Below, piece by piece: positions 34,698-44,970 of a DNA stretch of 64,000 nucleotides. The first letter of the stretch is position 1, and each line of letters begins with the position of its first letter. The position numbers and the translations under genes were made by a program. Source of the stretch: a virus (lineage: Duplodnaviria; Heunggongvirae; Uroviricota; Caudoviricetes); IMG/VR virus record IMGVR_UViG_3300037042_007115; one strand, given 5' to 3'. Below the pieces are notes generated by a model. That model searched no databases and was not told the origin of the DNA. It was given only the letters and a program-made list of their open reading frames with translations.

Positions 34698-35201
34698 TTA
34701 CGCCTCCACTGATTGTGATACTTGCTTTATGAGAATAGGGCACTGTAGGTAATCCTCTTCAAACAAAGCTCTAGCTAAATCATCCCGGTTTAATCTGCCA
34801 GATATACTTAAACTCCGGTATTTTGTGATAAACTCAAAACCCTCGGGGGAATGAGAAATCAAACCAGCCCGTGTGTCTAGGTCCCCTAAGATATCTACTG
34901 GGGGTATTAATTCGCGCTTCTTAGCCAGAGCCGAGAATTTAATCATAGGTACCCGGTAGATTGCAACAAAGTCCCTATATGTATGGTCAGTTGGAATGAG
35001 AGACCATTTACCGTAACAAGTAATCTGCAAAAATTCTTTATCTTTAATAGAGATTTTTTCAATAGTAGCAGAGCTTTCATATCCATCAGTATAGGTTGGT
35101 ATTGGGAGAATAGGAAGAATTTCACCTTTTCTGGCTCGCTTAAGGCGCCTACGCTCTTTTCGTCTCATATTTTCATTTACCGCCAGAGTTAGCATAAACA
35201 C
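34698..35201 (-). CDS. hypothetical protein
   Basis: 167 aa; basic N-terminus. Confidence 0.4.
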   Translation of the reverse strand: MFMLTLAVNENMRRKERRRLKRARKGEILPILPIPTYTDGYESSATIEKISIKDKEFLQITCYGKWSLIPTDHTYRDFVAIYRVPMIKFSALAKKRELIPPVDILGDLDTRAGLISHSPEGFEFITKYRSLSISGRLNRDDLARALFEEDYLQCPILIKQVSQSVEA

Positions 35202-35270
35202 TATGGGGTGTATGGGTATTTAAGGATGCTTAAAAATATAAAAGAGGGTTTTTTGATAGGTTAATACCTA

Positions 35271-35699
35271 CTATTTGCATTTTTTGATAACCACTACAGT
35301 AGTTGGGGTAAATGTTGCCTCAACCGTATATTCTCCATCTCCCCCCATCTTGTCCAGGACAAGAATACCTGTAGGGGGCTTGCGGAGGAAATCAGTTTCT
35401 TTGAGGATGCGATCCCATTCGCTATAATTTCGTATTACATAACAGGGGTCGCATACCAATACTTCACCAGAGGTAACATAAAGCTTACCTCTGCCACTTA
35501 CATTACCCCTCCAAGTATTAGCTATGCTCCAATCAACATTATACTTCCCAATGGGTAGGGTAATTTTCTTACCCAATTTGGAATAGTCTTCTGATACTCT
35601 ACCCTTGTATTCCCGATAGAAGTCTCTATCTGCAATAGCAATGATTCCGGCATCTACACCGATATGTGTAAAGGTTTTTTCAATACTTTTTGCTACCAT
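35271..35699 (-). CDS. hypothetical protein
   Basis: 142-aa ORF. Confidence 0.4.
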   Translation of the reverse strand: MVAKSIEKTFTHIGVDAGIIAIADRDFYREYKGRVSEDYSKLGKKITLPIGKYNVDWSIANTWRGNVSGRGKLYVTSGEVLVCDPCYVIRNYSEWDRILKETDFLRKPPTGILVLDKMGGDGEYTVEATFTPTTVVVIKKCK

Positions 35700-35715
35700 T
35701 TTTTACTCCATAACC

Positions 35716-36009
35716 TTAGATATGGCCCCGCCTTTTAAGTTCTGTGGTTAAAGTTGCTTGGTATTTTTTAAGTTGTGATGTTTGAAGTTCAAACTCTGAC
35801 CAACCCAGTAATGGGATGTATATTGGGGTTAACTTTGCTAGGTCTCCAAGACTGAGCGCATATAACATTAAGTATTTTGTTCCTACCTTTAGGAAAGTTG
35901 AATTCATACTGTTGAGAGGGGACACTCTTTTCAACTGTAGTTCCTTCTCGGCTTTCTCCCTGGGGGTAAGAAGGGTAAGTTTTACCCCATTTATAGTTAT
36001 TTTTTTCAT
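35716..36009 (-). CDS. hypothetical protein
   Basis: 97-aa ORF. Confidence 0.35.
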   Translation of the reverse strand: MKKITINGVKLTLLTPREKAEKELQLKRVSPLNSMNSTFLKVGTKYLMLYALSLGDLAKLTPIYIPLLGWSEFELQTSQLKKYQATLTTELKRRGHI

Positions 36010-36011
36010 GT

Positions 36012-36341
36012 TTATCTTCTGGGTTTTAATCCGCCCATAAATCCTCGCTGGAAAGCACTGTTGACGGTGTACTTTTTCTCATTCAGGTATTGTTTAATAC
36101 CCAAGAAAAGGCCAACTTGATACTTTTCCATAACGCTTGCGGGCATCATGAGGTAGTCTCTATCTTCTCTCAAGGCTAGTGTGTAGCATTTCCCAATGAA
36201 ATTGTCAACACTTACTGCTGCAGCAACAGATCTTCCTGAAATTAATTTGTTGGACTTGTGCTGGTCTTTTGCAACTAGGTACCCAAGTTTCTGGCCCTGT
36301 TCTTTTGCTAGTATTTCTTTAGTAGTTACCATGATTATCAC
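36012..36341 (-). CDS. hypothetical protein
   Basis: 109-aa ORF. Confidence 0.4.
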   Translation of the reverse strand: MIIMVTTKEILAKEQGQKLGYLVAKDQHKSNKLISGRSVAAAVSVDNFIGKCYTLALREDRDYLMMPASVMEKYQVGLFLGIKQYLNEKKYTVNSAFQRGFMGGLKPRR

Positions 36342-36637
36342 CCGCAGGGAGGGATATCCCGCATTTCATCACATCGTGCACGGCGCATTGGGCTACATTT
36401 CTTTTGAGCATTGCATTCTTTGCACTCTTCTTCGCGGTGAGCTTTTTCCATCCGCAGGCAATGTACATGATATTTGCGGATTTCAATAATCTTGTCGCGA
36501 GCCCACTGGGGTAATGTATTGAGTGACCCAAGACGCGGTTCTTTTCCTTCAATACCACCAGTAATAATAAATAGCCTTGCCCACTTTGGCAGGGTATTTT
36601 CATTATGGTGTGTTCTTTTTGTGCCGTAGTTTACCAT
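36338..36637 (-). CDS. hypothetical His/Cys-containing protein
   Basis: 99 aa with HCLRMEKAHREEECKECN; could be HNH-like. Confidence 0.3.
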   Translation of the reverse strand: MVNYGTKRTHHNENTLPKWARLFIITGGIEGKEPRLGSLNTLPQWARDKIIEIRKYHVHCLRMEKAHREEECKECNAQKKCSPMRRARCDEMRDIPPCG

Positions 36638-36640
36638 AAT

Positions 36641-37036
36641 CTAGTCCTCATACTTAATAATTTTTGGCTTGTAGTCGAAATCCTTTACTCCACCCTTTAG
36701 GATCCTTCTAAATGCTGCTGTAGCAGTCTTCTTTTTAGTAAGATCATAGCCTGCGTATGGATACCACCGCCAGGATTTTCTAAAGTCTTCTTCTTTCGAA
36801 GCTGGAGCTGACCAGGAGCCATAGATGATAGTGAGTCTACCCTCAGCTTCTGCTAAGATCAAGTAGCCCCAGCCCTGATTCCACGGTGTTCCATGATAAT
36901 TAAAGGTAGGCTTTAATACAGTTGCTTCAGCCGTCATTAGAATTTTCTTAGGGCTAAATCGGCCACCAGAGCCAGCTTTTAGATCTTTAATAACTGTTTT
37001 TAATTCGCTTTTTAAACTTGAGATAGAATAACCCAT
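36641..37036 (-). CDS. hypothetical protein
   Basis: 131-aa ORF. Confidence 0.4.
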   Translation of the reverse strand: MGYSISSLKSELKTVIKDLKAGSGGRFSPKKILMTAEATVLKPTFNYHGTPWNQGWGYLILAEAEGRLTIIYGSWSAPASKEEDFRKSWRWYPYAGYDLTKKKTATAAFRRILKGGVKDFDYKPKIIKYED

Positions 37037-37039
37037 AAC

Positions 37040-37327
37040 TTACCATCCAATTTGTAATAACTTCTCAAGTTGAATACTTTTACCCTTCCAGTTGATCCAT
37101 ATGGGTGAGAAGTTTCCCATCATTCTTATGTCTCCAACCCTTTTCATTATTTTACCTTGGGGTACTTGAGTAAACTGCGTGGGATGAGCTCGTTCTCTAA
37201 TGAGTACGGTGCATGTAGCCCGGCTCTGTTCCTGGTTAAGATACTTAATATCATTCTTAACCACAACCTCATATATACCACCCCTAGTTTCCCAAGGAAG
37301 ATTAGCATATTTGTCAATTTCTTTCAT
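37040..37327 (-). CDS. hypothetical protein
   Basis: 95-aa ORF. Confidence 0.35.
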   Translation of the reverse strand: MKEIDKYANLPWETRGGIYEVVVKNDIKYLNQEQSRATCTVLIRERAHPTQFTQVPQGKIMKRVGDIRMMGNFSPIWINWKGKSIQLEKLLQIGW

Positions 37328-37335
37328 CAGTTACC

Positions 37336-37608
37336 TCACTTTTTCTTAACCCAGATCTCAGCTAGGCATCTACCCCTATCATCTGCTCTAATCTCTACCA
37401 GATAAGGAAAATGGTTAGAAATATAGTTGCCCCTTTCCTCCGCATTTTTCCAGGTGAGGTTTGATGTCTCACCCTGGGTATGGGTAAAAAGGAAATACTT
37501 CTTTCCACCTATCATTCTGGTCTTGCTAAATCGGTTATGAGTAGTTGCCTCTTTGAGGTGTTCAGCGATTTCGTCTCTGTATTGTCGAGCTTGTGCGAGT
37601 TTTTGCAA
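37336..37608 (-). CDS. hypothetical protein
   Basis: 90-aa ORF. Confidence 0.35.
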   Translation of the reverse strand: MQKLAQARQYRDEIAEHLKEATTHNRFSKTRMIGGKKYFLFTHTQGETSNLTWKNAEERGNYISNHFPYLVEIRADDRGRCLAEIWVKKK

Positions 37609-37611
37609 GTT

Positions 37612-37899
37612 TCACTTCCTGGAAGTCTTTTTAACCTGGGCTGCTGGGTGATAGCCATAGACTACATTCACCTCTAGAGCCCCCAGCCGCTTGTATGCCG
37701 TAAGCCTGTGTCTGCCATCTTGTAAGTAACCCGATGGGCTTACTAGAATCGGTGGCATCTTTTCTCCCCGCTCTATTGCTGCCTGTATTTCTCGAACGTC
37801 CTTGTGGCCCTGGGCACCAAAGTCCATATCTTGGAATTCTACATTAATATCTTTAACTTTCATTTTGCCAAGGGTACCAATTTTGGGCAGTCTTATCAT
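37612..37899 (-). CDS. ParB-like nuclease domain protein
   Basis: ILVSPSGYLQDGRHRLTAYKRLG matches the ParB/Srx GxxRxxA box. Confidence 0.55.
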   Translation of the reverse strand: MIRLPKIGTLGKMKVKDINVEFQDMDFGAQGHKDVREIQAAIERGEKMPPILVSPSGYLQDGRHRLTAYKRLGALEVNVVYGYHPAAQVKKTSRK

Positions 37900-37911
37900 A
37901 CGGATTTCTCC

Positions 37912-38172
37912 TTAAAATAACTGCTCTATAGTAGAATCAAACTTGTCCCACACCAAGGATTTGTTGGGCCGGGCCCAGATAGAGTAGTTATTTGGGAGCC
38001 CCACTACCTTATAAGAGTGTTTTACTATATGGACTTTGATTGTTCCAACCTTTTCCAGGCGGATTTTTAATGCTTCTGCTTTTTCTTCTGATGATCGGAA
38101 TGCTATACACTTGTACTTTTTACCATAAAAAGTATAAAATTTTCCAATTGAGACTTCTTTATTATCTTTCAT
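37912..38172 (-). CDS. hypothetical protein
   Basis: 86-aa ORF. Confidence 0.35.
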   Translation of the reverse strand: MKDNKEVSIGKFYTFYGKKYKCIAFRSSEEKAEALKIRLEKVGTIKVHIVKHSYKVVGLPNNYSIWARPNKSLVWDKFDSTIEQLF

Positions 38173-38181
38173 AGTTTTACT

Positions 38182-38373
38182 TCACTTCCGGCTCTTTATT
38201 TTTTCATAAATAATATTGGGGGAAGCTTTGTACTTGTTGGTAGTAATAATTTGGGATTCCCCGGTAGATCCACATACTGCATAAGCTTTTCCTTCTGTAC
38301 TTCGATCCTTACTTCCCATCTCTACGATTTCATAGAAAAGGCCCTTGATAATTACAGCATCCCCTTCTTTCAT
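38182..38373 (-). CDS. hypothetical small protein
   Basis: 63-aa ORF. Confidence 0.3.
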   Translation of the reverse strand: MKEGDAVIIKGLFYEIVEMGSKDRSTEGKAYAVCGSTGESQIITTNKYKASPNIIYEKIKSRK

Positions 38374-38876
38374 AAGTACCTCACTACAGTATATTTTTCT
38401 GTATTTTCAGGATTAATAACTTCATCCCAGTTAGAGATATTCTTTGGCAAATAATCACTGGGGAACTGATTCTTGGTCTTTTTATTTGCTCCTCTCTTGA
38501 CCACCCGGATTACGGTATAGTCTTCTCCGTAGAGACGAGCTTTATCCCCAATTTTTGCCGATTTTTCTAATATAAGGCCTAGTTCTTCTTCGCCTACTTG
38601 TGCTTTGGTGAGCCTTTTAACTGTAAGGTCTAGGGCATTTACTTGTGCAGCGGTGAGTGCATGTTCCCCATAACTTCTCCGGTAATCAGTAAATAGACGC
38701 TTTGCTTGTTTTAATGCACTTTCCTGGTCTTGGGCTGGAACAAAGAATCCAATATTTCTACTTTCTCCATAAAACCCGGGAATTGTACCAGGTATAACTC
38801 CGGCTATATATTTCTTCGGGCGTTTATACGTTATTCCATACCATACAGTTTTTGTTGACTCCCCTATAAGGCTCAT
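38370..38876 (-). CDS. hypothetical protein
   Basis: 168-aa ORF. Confidence 0.4.
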   Translation of the reverse strand: MSLIGESTKTVWYGITYKRPKKYIAGVIPGTIPGFYGESRNIGFFVPAQDQESALKQAKRLFTDYRRSYGEHALTAAQVNALDLTVKRLTKAQVGEEELGLILEKSAKIGDKARLYGEDYTVIRVVKRGANKKTKNQFPSDYLPKNISNWDEVINPENTEKYTVVRYL

Positions 38877-39217
38877 TCTGCAGTCTCCTTAAGATTATAC
38901 TTTTTTGTAAAGGTTAAGAGGTCTTTTCTGTCATGGAAGTAGAGTGTCTCACCTTTTACAGTTTTTGTTTTTGCATCCCGGGGGTGGCCTAATAGTACCC
39001 AATGTCCGGGACTGCAATTACAGTGTCCCATTCCACAGCCCCCATGGGGTGCAGACATCGTAATAGCGGCTTTTACTCTAACTGCTCCAAGCTCTTTGTA
39101 GAAAGTTCCATCGGGTTTTACTCCGCGGTTAGTGAAGCGTTCAATATTCAGTACCTTGTCTTCAGGGGTTACTTTGATATTCTTGTTTCCCCACTTTAAA
39201 GTTGCATTGTGTATCAT
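38873..39217 (-). CDS. hypothetical zinc-binding protein
   Basis: 114 aa with HGGCGMGHCNCSPGH. Confidence 0.4.
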   Translation of the reverse strand: MIHNATLKWGNKNIKVTPEDKVLNIERFTNRGVKPDGTFYKELGAVRVKAAITMSAPHGGCGMGHCNCSPGHWVLLGHPRDAKTKTVKGETLYFHDRKDLLTFTKKYNLKETAE

Positions 39218-39225
39218 TTTTTCAC

Positions 39226-39495
39226 CTATCTAGAACAGAATTTTCTTAGGCTGTTTTTAGATGTTCCCCAGACTACATATCTTGGGCCAAATCCAGGACC
39301 CTCACCATAATTCTCTGTACTTACATTTGTGGGCCAAGGTAAGATTCTATAAGAACCTTTTGGTGAGCCAGCTTTAAATCTGTCTGCCTGTTCTTGTGCA
39401 ATTGTCTTGTTCTGTGCTATGGCCCACCAGGTGTATGTTTTACCATCAATAACCTTGGTTGCCGGTAATTTTTTTAAAAACTTTGCCATATTCAC
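39226..39495 (-). CDS. hypothetical protein
   Basis: 89-aa ORF. Confidence 0.35.
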   Translation of the reverse strand: MNMAKFLKKLPATKVIDGKTYTWWAIAQNKTIAQEQADRFKAGSPKGSYRILPWPTNVSTENYGEGPGFGPRYVVWGTSKNSLRKFCSR

Positions 39496-39770
39496 TTCCT
39501 CCGTTTTCCATTATGTACTTCTTTCTTCGGGATTGATTCTGGAGCGTCTAAAGTTACGGTGTCCATATTCACATGTGTAATTTCACCCTTTTCATACAGA
39601 CCACGCTTTACAGGGATCCTAAACTCTTCCGGGCGTGTCTTCCAGAACTGGATCCTGCCACTCTGCTTATAATTCATCGGACTTCCATCTGCATTGTAAT
39701 GATTAATCACATAGATAGTCTCTCGACCAGTCATTTTTTTTACTTGTGCCACTGTTAATGCTTTTACCAT
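39492..39770 (-). CDS. hypothetical protein
   Basis: 92-aa ORF. Confidence 0.35.
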   Translation of the reverse strand: MVKALTVAQVKKMTGRETIYVINHYNADGSPMNYKQSGRIQFWKTRPEEFRIPVKRGLYEKGEITHVNMDTVTLDAPESIPKKEVHNGKRRK

Positions 39771-39843
39771 GTTACTTCACCTCTTTGATATTTACAACTC
39801 TTTTTTCAATGCTGCTTCACTGGGTTATTTTTACTCATTTTAC

Positions 39844-40311
39844 TCACTCCGAGATTAGGTGGTTACCTTTAGGTTTATTTCGCTTAGCTGACATGAAGGA
39901 GGTATAGGTAATACCCGTTTTAGTAGCAGACCAGGATGCAATAGGTTCTATTCTATTTGTTCTGGCAGACTTCGGCATCATAAGGATCTCAATTCTGCCC
40001 CAAGTCTCCCACCTAGTGTCTCTGGTATCTGGCCTTATTGTGATATCCACCCGGAGGATAGCTTCCTTTAAATCTTTAGCTAAGATACCCAAGTGGTTTG
40101 CAATGGGTCCAGTTGAAAAAGAGCCAGAAAGTACTCCTGGTTTGTCATCATCGTAGGCCCTAGTTTGATAATTGTATCCACGTTGATATGATAATTTTGT
40201 TTGGTTCAGTTTCAACCCACTAATACCAAAGAAGCGAATGATTTCTTTCTCAAGTTCCTTCCTATTTTGCTCAGCCCAGGCTCTTAATTGCTTTTCACTA
40301 AGTAGTTCCAT
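39844..40311 (-). CDS. hypothetical protein
   Basis: 155-aa ORF. Confidence 0.4.
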   Translation of the reverse strand: MELLSEKQLRAWAEQNRKELEKEIIRFFGISGLKLNQTKLSYQRGYNYQTRAYDDDKPGVLSGSFSTGPIANHLGILAKDLKEAILRVDITIRPDTRDTRWETWGRIEILMMPKSARTNRIEPIASWSATKTGITYTSFMSAKRNKPKGNHLISE

Positions 40312-40313
40312 AA

Positions 40314-40523
40314 TTATACCCTCTTGAAGATTGGTGGAATGTCATCACCAACAACTTTCAGTGCGACTTTCAGCATGTCTTTTACTCCTCGGATTGCTCC
40401 GCCCCAGTAAGCCATGCCCTCTTTATCCTTGTTCCGCTTTGCATCATTGTACTGCTCTTTAAGATGCTGAATAAGTGGTTGAGCATCTCCCTTTAAAATC
40501 GGTTTGTATTCAAATACTGCCAT
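40314..40523 (-). CDS. hypothetical small protein
   Basis: 69-aa ORF. Confidence 0.35.
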   Translation of the reverse strand: MAVFEYKPILKGDAQPLIQHLKEQYNDAKRNKDKEGMAYWGGAIRGVKDMLKVALKVVGDDIPPIFKRV

Positions 40524-40525
40524 AG

Positions 40526-41254
40526 TTACATCTCCTTCTTCAGATTAATTTCACTTGCTGGCTTAATAGCTGTTCCATTAGCTTTGAAGGCATTGTGAAA
40601 GGTAGTGGGGAACTGCCAGAAGCGTTTTCCTTTGGGTGACATCTTCCAGACTATCTGAGTCTTCATCAGGAATTTAGACCCATCTTCAAGAACAAAATCA
40701 AAAGTTCCCTCTAAGTTAGCATAGACCCGGCTCTTAACATGTACTTTACGGCCTTTTAAGATGCCGTTTACTTTTTCTGTTTGCTTCAGGATAAAACTTT
40801 CGAACATACTTCTAAGGTCATCTTCTACGACCTGCCCAATTATTCTCTTGATTTCCGCTGCGGGCTTTAAACTTGTTATCCCAGACATAAAACTATCATT
40901 AGAAAAGTTGAGCAATCGGTACTGAAACCGGGTAACATCATTACTATAGTATCCACCACCCCACCTAAGTCCATAAGTCTTATCGAGTAAGTATGTGGCT
41001 TTATCATGCGTGAGGCCTTCTACTATCTTAGCTCCTTCTGCTAGTTTAGTATAGTGATGAGTAAGGTTAGTCTCTGCTTCCTTTCTCATGCCGGCTAGGA
41101 CCTCTTCAAAGACCTTTCTCACCGACGCCCCCTCTTTACCCTTAAGGCCTAGGGCATCGGGCCTCTGTGCCTCCTTACGCGCCTGGCGACGAGTACGCTT
41201 TGCTTCCCACTGGGCGAGTAAAGTTGGGTTTCCAATTATATCAGCTTTCCGCAT
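40526..41254 (-). CDS. hypothetical protein (242 aa)
   Basis: Long ORF; basic N-terminus. Confidence 0.45.
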   Translation of the reverse strand: MRKADIIGNPTLLAQWEAKRTRRQARKEAQRPDALGLKGKEGASVRKVFEEVLAGMRKEAETNLTHHYTKLAEGAKIVEGLTHDKATYLLDKTYGLRWGGGYYSNDVTRFQYRLLNFSNDSFMSGITSLKPAAEIKRIIGQVVEDDLRSMFESFILKQTEKVNGILKGRKVHVKSRVYANLEGTFDFVLEDGSKFLMKTQIVWKMSPKGKRFWQFPTTFHNAFKANGTAIKPASEINLKKEM

Positions 41255-41420
41255 GAGTCTAATCTACCTCTTTTCCTTTTTTATTCACAATTCTTACTGA
41301 CCCACAGTCACAAAGATACTCAAAATGAGTAGTGATTTTCTTTCCGGTATCAAAAGGATAAGATGCTACACATTCCATACGTTTCCCGCACTTACATTTC
41401 TGCATGTTGGTTCCTCACAT

Positions 41421-41774
41421 TTACTCGTTCCAATTAGTTCCTCGGAAATATGCAACGCGGATTTCCAATCTATGGAGGGTAACAGTGGGATTAGTATACT
41501 TAAGAGGCTGGTATTTTAGTTTGAATCCCGCCGATTTTAGTGTTTTAGCTATTTTGGTAGCATTGGTCTTGTCTTTACAAAGAAGGTATACATATGATTC
41601 ATCACCATAGGTTTCTTCATCGAATCCATACTCCTTTACGATCGGGAGTCGCAATCCAGACTGTATATCTCCAACACCAAACTCTTCTGTTGCAATCCCT
41701 AGTTTTACCAGTTCTTTGGACAGGGACCTTACTGTTTTAATTTTTTGTATCATTTTAGCTCCTTTTCTGTTCAA
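41421..41774 (-). CDS. hypothetical protein
   Basis: 117-aa ORF. Confidence 0.4.
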   Translation of the reverse strand: MNRKGAKMIQKIKTVRSLSKELVKLGIATEEFGVGDIQSGLRLPIVKEYGFDEETYGDESYVYLLCKDKTNATKIAKTLKSAGFKLKYQPLKYTNPTVTLHRLEIRVAYFRGTNWNE

Positions 41775-41937
41775 TTAGTTCTCCGCCACACTTTCGGCAG
41801 GTTTTAGGGATGCGTCCATAATGCCCCTCTAGGGTATTTTTACACTTAGGGTTAGTGCATTTGAGCTTTACAAAGGTTGACACATCACAGCCAGTCATAT
41901 AATGCTTGCCGTAGTTTTTTCCCCCACTTCTGCTCAT
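41755..41937 (-). CDS. zinc-ribbon small protein
   Basis: 60 aa with CTNPKC...CRKCGG. Confidence 0.35.
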   Translation of the reverse strand: MSRSGGKNYGKHYMTGCDVSTFVKLKCTNPKCKNTLEGHYGRIPKTCRKCGGELIEQKRS

Positions 41938-41940
41938 ATT

Positions 41941-42180
41941 TTACTCCTTATTGTACGGTTGCTTCTTGGACTTCTGGGCTTCTATATACCAGGCGGTTCC
42001 AACCCTATCTTCCTTGATCCGGGTAGCACAGCCGAAGTTTTTATTTATCCAGTGGGCTTTTCGCTTGGCTACAAGTTGTATAGGTGACCCGCCTACTACA
42101 GCCCACTCTCCAGGTTTTGCTACCTGCAGTTGTTCCGCCAGTATAACCGCAAAAGTTTGAACTTTTTCCCTGTCTTCCAT
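41941..42180 (-). CDS. hypothetical protein
   Basis: 79-aa ORF. Confidence 0.35.
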   Translation of the reverse strand: MEDREKVQTFAVILAEQLQVAKPGEWAVVGGSPIQLVAKRKAHWINKNFGCATRIKEDRVGTAWYIEAQKSKKQPYNKE

Positions 42181-42288
42181 AAGTCACTACCTCACAATTA
42201 ATAATATCATTTATATCCCCAGAGTATATAAATTTTTCTAGCTGTGATTTTTAGAGAAAACTTGAGATCAAGAAAAAAGAAAAAGTGA

Positions 42289-42576
42289 TTAGTTTGCTTT
42301 ACCGAAGTCCGGGTCTGTCATCCACTTCTTGTGGTCATCCCAGTGGTGAAGGTGCGGAATTACCAATTCTCTTGCACGCTTCTTCGTGGTTGCTCTTTCC
42401 ATCTTTTGTGGAATGACAATACCATTGTACCCGGGGTGGGTATGATAAATAAAGTATGAGGCATTCACAGGATCATGCGACTTCAATATTTTAACAACCA
42501 TATTAGGGTTGAACTTATGTGCATAAGTTGTCTCCTTCTTGTTGGCTGTCCAGTTCTTTTTCCAGAATTCTGACAT
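42289..42576 (-). CDS. hypothetical protein
   Basis: 95-aa ORF. Confidence 0.35.
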   Translation of the reverse strand: MSEFWKKNWTANKKETTYAHKFNPNMVVKILKSHDPVNASYFIYHTHPGYNGIVIPQKMERATTKKRARELVIPHLHHWDDHKKWMTDPDFGKAN

Positions 42577-42660
42577 AGCTGTTCTCCCATTTAATATTAT
42601 TTTATTATTGCACGGGCAAATAAAGGTTTTTAATGGAGAGAAAAAAGAGAGTGATGAAAG

Positions 42661-44859
42661 TTAGAAGAGGGAGTTATTCTTTAAAGTGTCAACAAGAAGT
42701 GTCGCCACATCTTTCTTATCTTTGAGCGCCTTTAAAACAACCTCGTCAATTGTGCCAGCAGCCAAAATGTGGATGTAGTTAACTTTGTTAACCTGGCCAA
42801 TGCGGTGGGCACGGGCTCTTACCTGATCATACCCAGCAAAGGAGTAGTCTAAGGAGAAAAAAACCATCGTAGAGGCCCTGTGTAGAGTAATACCTGTGCC
42901 CCCCGTTGCTATCTGCAAAATTAATACATTGGGGTTGTCTTCCTCTTGGAATTTCCTAACCAACTCACCGCGATTCTGCGTTGCTCCGTAAAATGTTGCT
43001 GCTGTGCGTCCTGCTTCTTCACATACCTTTTTAATTGCTAACAATTCGGGAACAAAGCGGGCTACGATAATTAATTTCTTGTCTTTTGGGAAATCTTCTA
43101 CGAGTTCCTTGAGTACCTTAAGTTTTTCACTTCCTACTTCTACCGGGTTGCCGGTTTCCTGAGGTAAAAAGCCCCCTGTAATTTGACTCAACCTCAGTAA
43201 TTGTGTTAAAACAATAGGTGCTGTTACTGAGTCGCCACCTTTGATGGTAGCTACCATGTTTTTTTCCATTTCATCATATATCTTCTGTGATTCATCAAGG
43301 TAGGCATAGAGGTTTTGGTCAGTTGTCTCGGGTAAGTCAAGTGCTTCCGCTTTGGTCATTCGATAAGACACAGAATGAGCTTTGGCTGTAAGTGTTTCTA
43401 AGTTTTTGAACCCTACTACAGAGTGATTCATGTACCCGCCCATAATTGCATACTGGTCGCGGTATTTCGGAAAGCTTTTCCCAAAAATTCGGCTATCTAA
43501 AAATCGAAATTGGCTAAAAAAGTCCATCGGGCCTTGTGAGATAGGAGTTCCTGTAAGGATAAGTCTGTATTTGGCTACTGCACCAATAGCTGTGCATCCC
43601 CTGGACTGGTTAGCCTGCCCATTTTTAAGGTTCTGGCTTTCATCGGCTAGCATAAGGTCCGGGGCCCAGTGGATTAACTCAGGTTGAAGTCTCCAAGCTG
43701 ATGCATAGTTAATGATCATAACAATTAATGCCCCATCTGGTGAACTTGCTTCGAGGATAGCTTCTTTTTTCAGAGACATTTTCCGCTGGTCCATAGTAAT
43801 AGTCCTGAAGGGGAAGTCTGCAAATTTTTCAAACTCCGCTTTCCAGACTGGGAGAACACTCTTGGGGCAGACTATGAGTACTTTTTTAACCTGGCCATCT
43901 AAATATCTCTTTCCTATCACAGCAATACTTGCTGCAGTTTTCCCGCAGCCCATTTCAAGTAAGAGGGCGGAGTGGTCTAAGGTGGTGCTTAGTGCAAATG
44001 CTTTGCGCTGGTGGTCAAATAACTTAATCTTGAGTGGTACCGGGATGTCAGGTACTGCGCCTTCTTTGATGGCTTTGGCCTGGCGTTTCTGGTCCTGTTG
44101 AGCAAGGGCGTCTTTAGCCATCTTGTTGAAGAAGGTCCTTGCTGCTGGAGTGAGCTGGACATCATTGTTGTCCATCACTTTATTCCAGGCATCTACAACT
44201 TCTGCCACAGGTAAATATTTCCATTGCTTTGTTTCTGGCACCCAGCGCCTGTTGGGGATTGATTTTGCCTGCTCTTTGAATTCGAACGGAGAGGTGAGGA
44301 GTAAGTGCTCACCGTTGTAGTCTAACTCTACGGTGTTGTTCCTGACCTGGGGGGTGGGGAGAACTGTGTCGATGTTTATTGCATTGAGTACTTCTGCTGC
44401 TTTTGGCTCGATGTCTACAACGTTTGCTTCCTGAAGTCCTTTGATGGCTGCTACTGCAGCTATTGTCGGCTGTACTTCCCACTGCTTGATTTGCCCATTG
44501 AATCTTGCTGTAGGTATTGCCCTGAGATTTTCCCTATGGTCATAATGCGCGCGTATTTGGAACAGCTTGACTGTTGGGTTCCAGTCTACTAAGGGCTTTC
44601 CAGTTGATTCTACCGGTTTGGGTGGCTCCTGTATTGAGTCATAGTCAATGCCGAAGTTTGTAAGCTGCCTCTTGTACTTGCGAATCATAATATAAGCAGC
44701 CGATAGTTGGGCATCTGTCCAAGCTGGTTGACAGTGTAAAGTTCTTGCCCAACCAGTATCTCTACCATTAAAGCCCTGCCCATCCTCTGTTACTGCCCCA
44801 TCACATACCGAAAGGAGTGAAGAGATTGCTTCCCTAACTTGGTCTTCAGTTTTTGACAC
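42661..44859 (-). CDS. SNF2-family (DEAD/DEAH-like) helicase with N-terminal extension
   Basis: Motif I LLEMGCGKTAASIA. Motif II LMLADESQNLKN. C-terminal helicase domain with LHRASTMVFFSLDYSFAGYDQVRARAHRIGQ. Likely start is a GTG (VSKTEDQ...) with GGGGAG 8 nt upstream. The track's first ATG would extend the gene to 44919. Confidence 0.75.
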   Translation of the reverse strand: MSKTEDQVREAISSLLSVCDGAVTEDGQGFNGRDTGWARTLHCQPAWTDAQLSAAYIMIRKYKRQLTNFGIDYDSIQEPPKPVESTGKPLVDWNPTVKLFQIRAHYDHRENLRAIPTARFNGQIKQWEVQPTIAAVAAIKGLQEANVVDIEPKAAEVLNAINIDTVLPTPQVRNNTVELDYNGEHLLLTSPFEFKEQAKSIPNRRWVPETKQWKYLPVAEVVDAWNKVMDNNDVQLTPAARTFFNKMAKDALAQQDQKRQAKAIKEGAVPDIPVPLKIKLFDHQRKAFALSTTLDHSALLLEMGCGKTAASIAVIGKRYLDGQVKKVLIVCPKSVLPVWKAEFEKFADFPFRTITMDQRKMSLKKEAILEASSPDGALIVMIINYASAWRLQPELIHWAPDLMLADESQNLKNGQANQSRGCTAIGAVAKYRLILTGTPISQGPMDFFSQFRFLDSRIFGKSFPKYRDQYAIMGGYMNHSVVGFKNLETLTAKAHSVSYRMTKAEALDLPETTDQNLYAYLDESQKIYDEMEKNMVATIKGGDSVTAPIVLTQLLRLSQITGGFLPQETGNPVEVGSEKLKVLKELVEDFPKDKKLIIVARFVPELLAIKKVCEEAGRTAATFYGATQNRGELVRKFQEEDNPNVLILQIATGGTGITLHRASTMVFFSLDYSFAGYDQVRARAHRIGQVNKVNYIHILAAGTIDEVVLKALKDKKDVATLLVDTLKNNSLF

Positions 44860-44970
44860 GATAAGTTCTCCCCTGTAAATTTGTACTAGGTTATAGTGAT
44901 ATTTGCTGTGGATGCACATATACTTAGCCCCTTAGTGAGGCTTATTTGGTTTGGGGGTATATATACATTA

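Noticed and set aside
43430-44320. + strand ORFs inside the SNF2 helicase gene (43430..43687, 43712..44101, 44123..44320)
   Set aside because: These are antisense shadow ORFs of a motif-supported helicase coding sequence.
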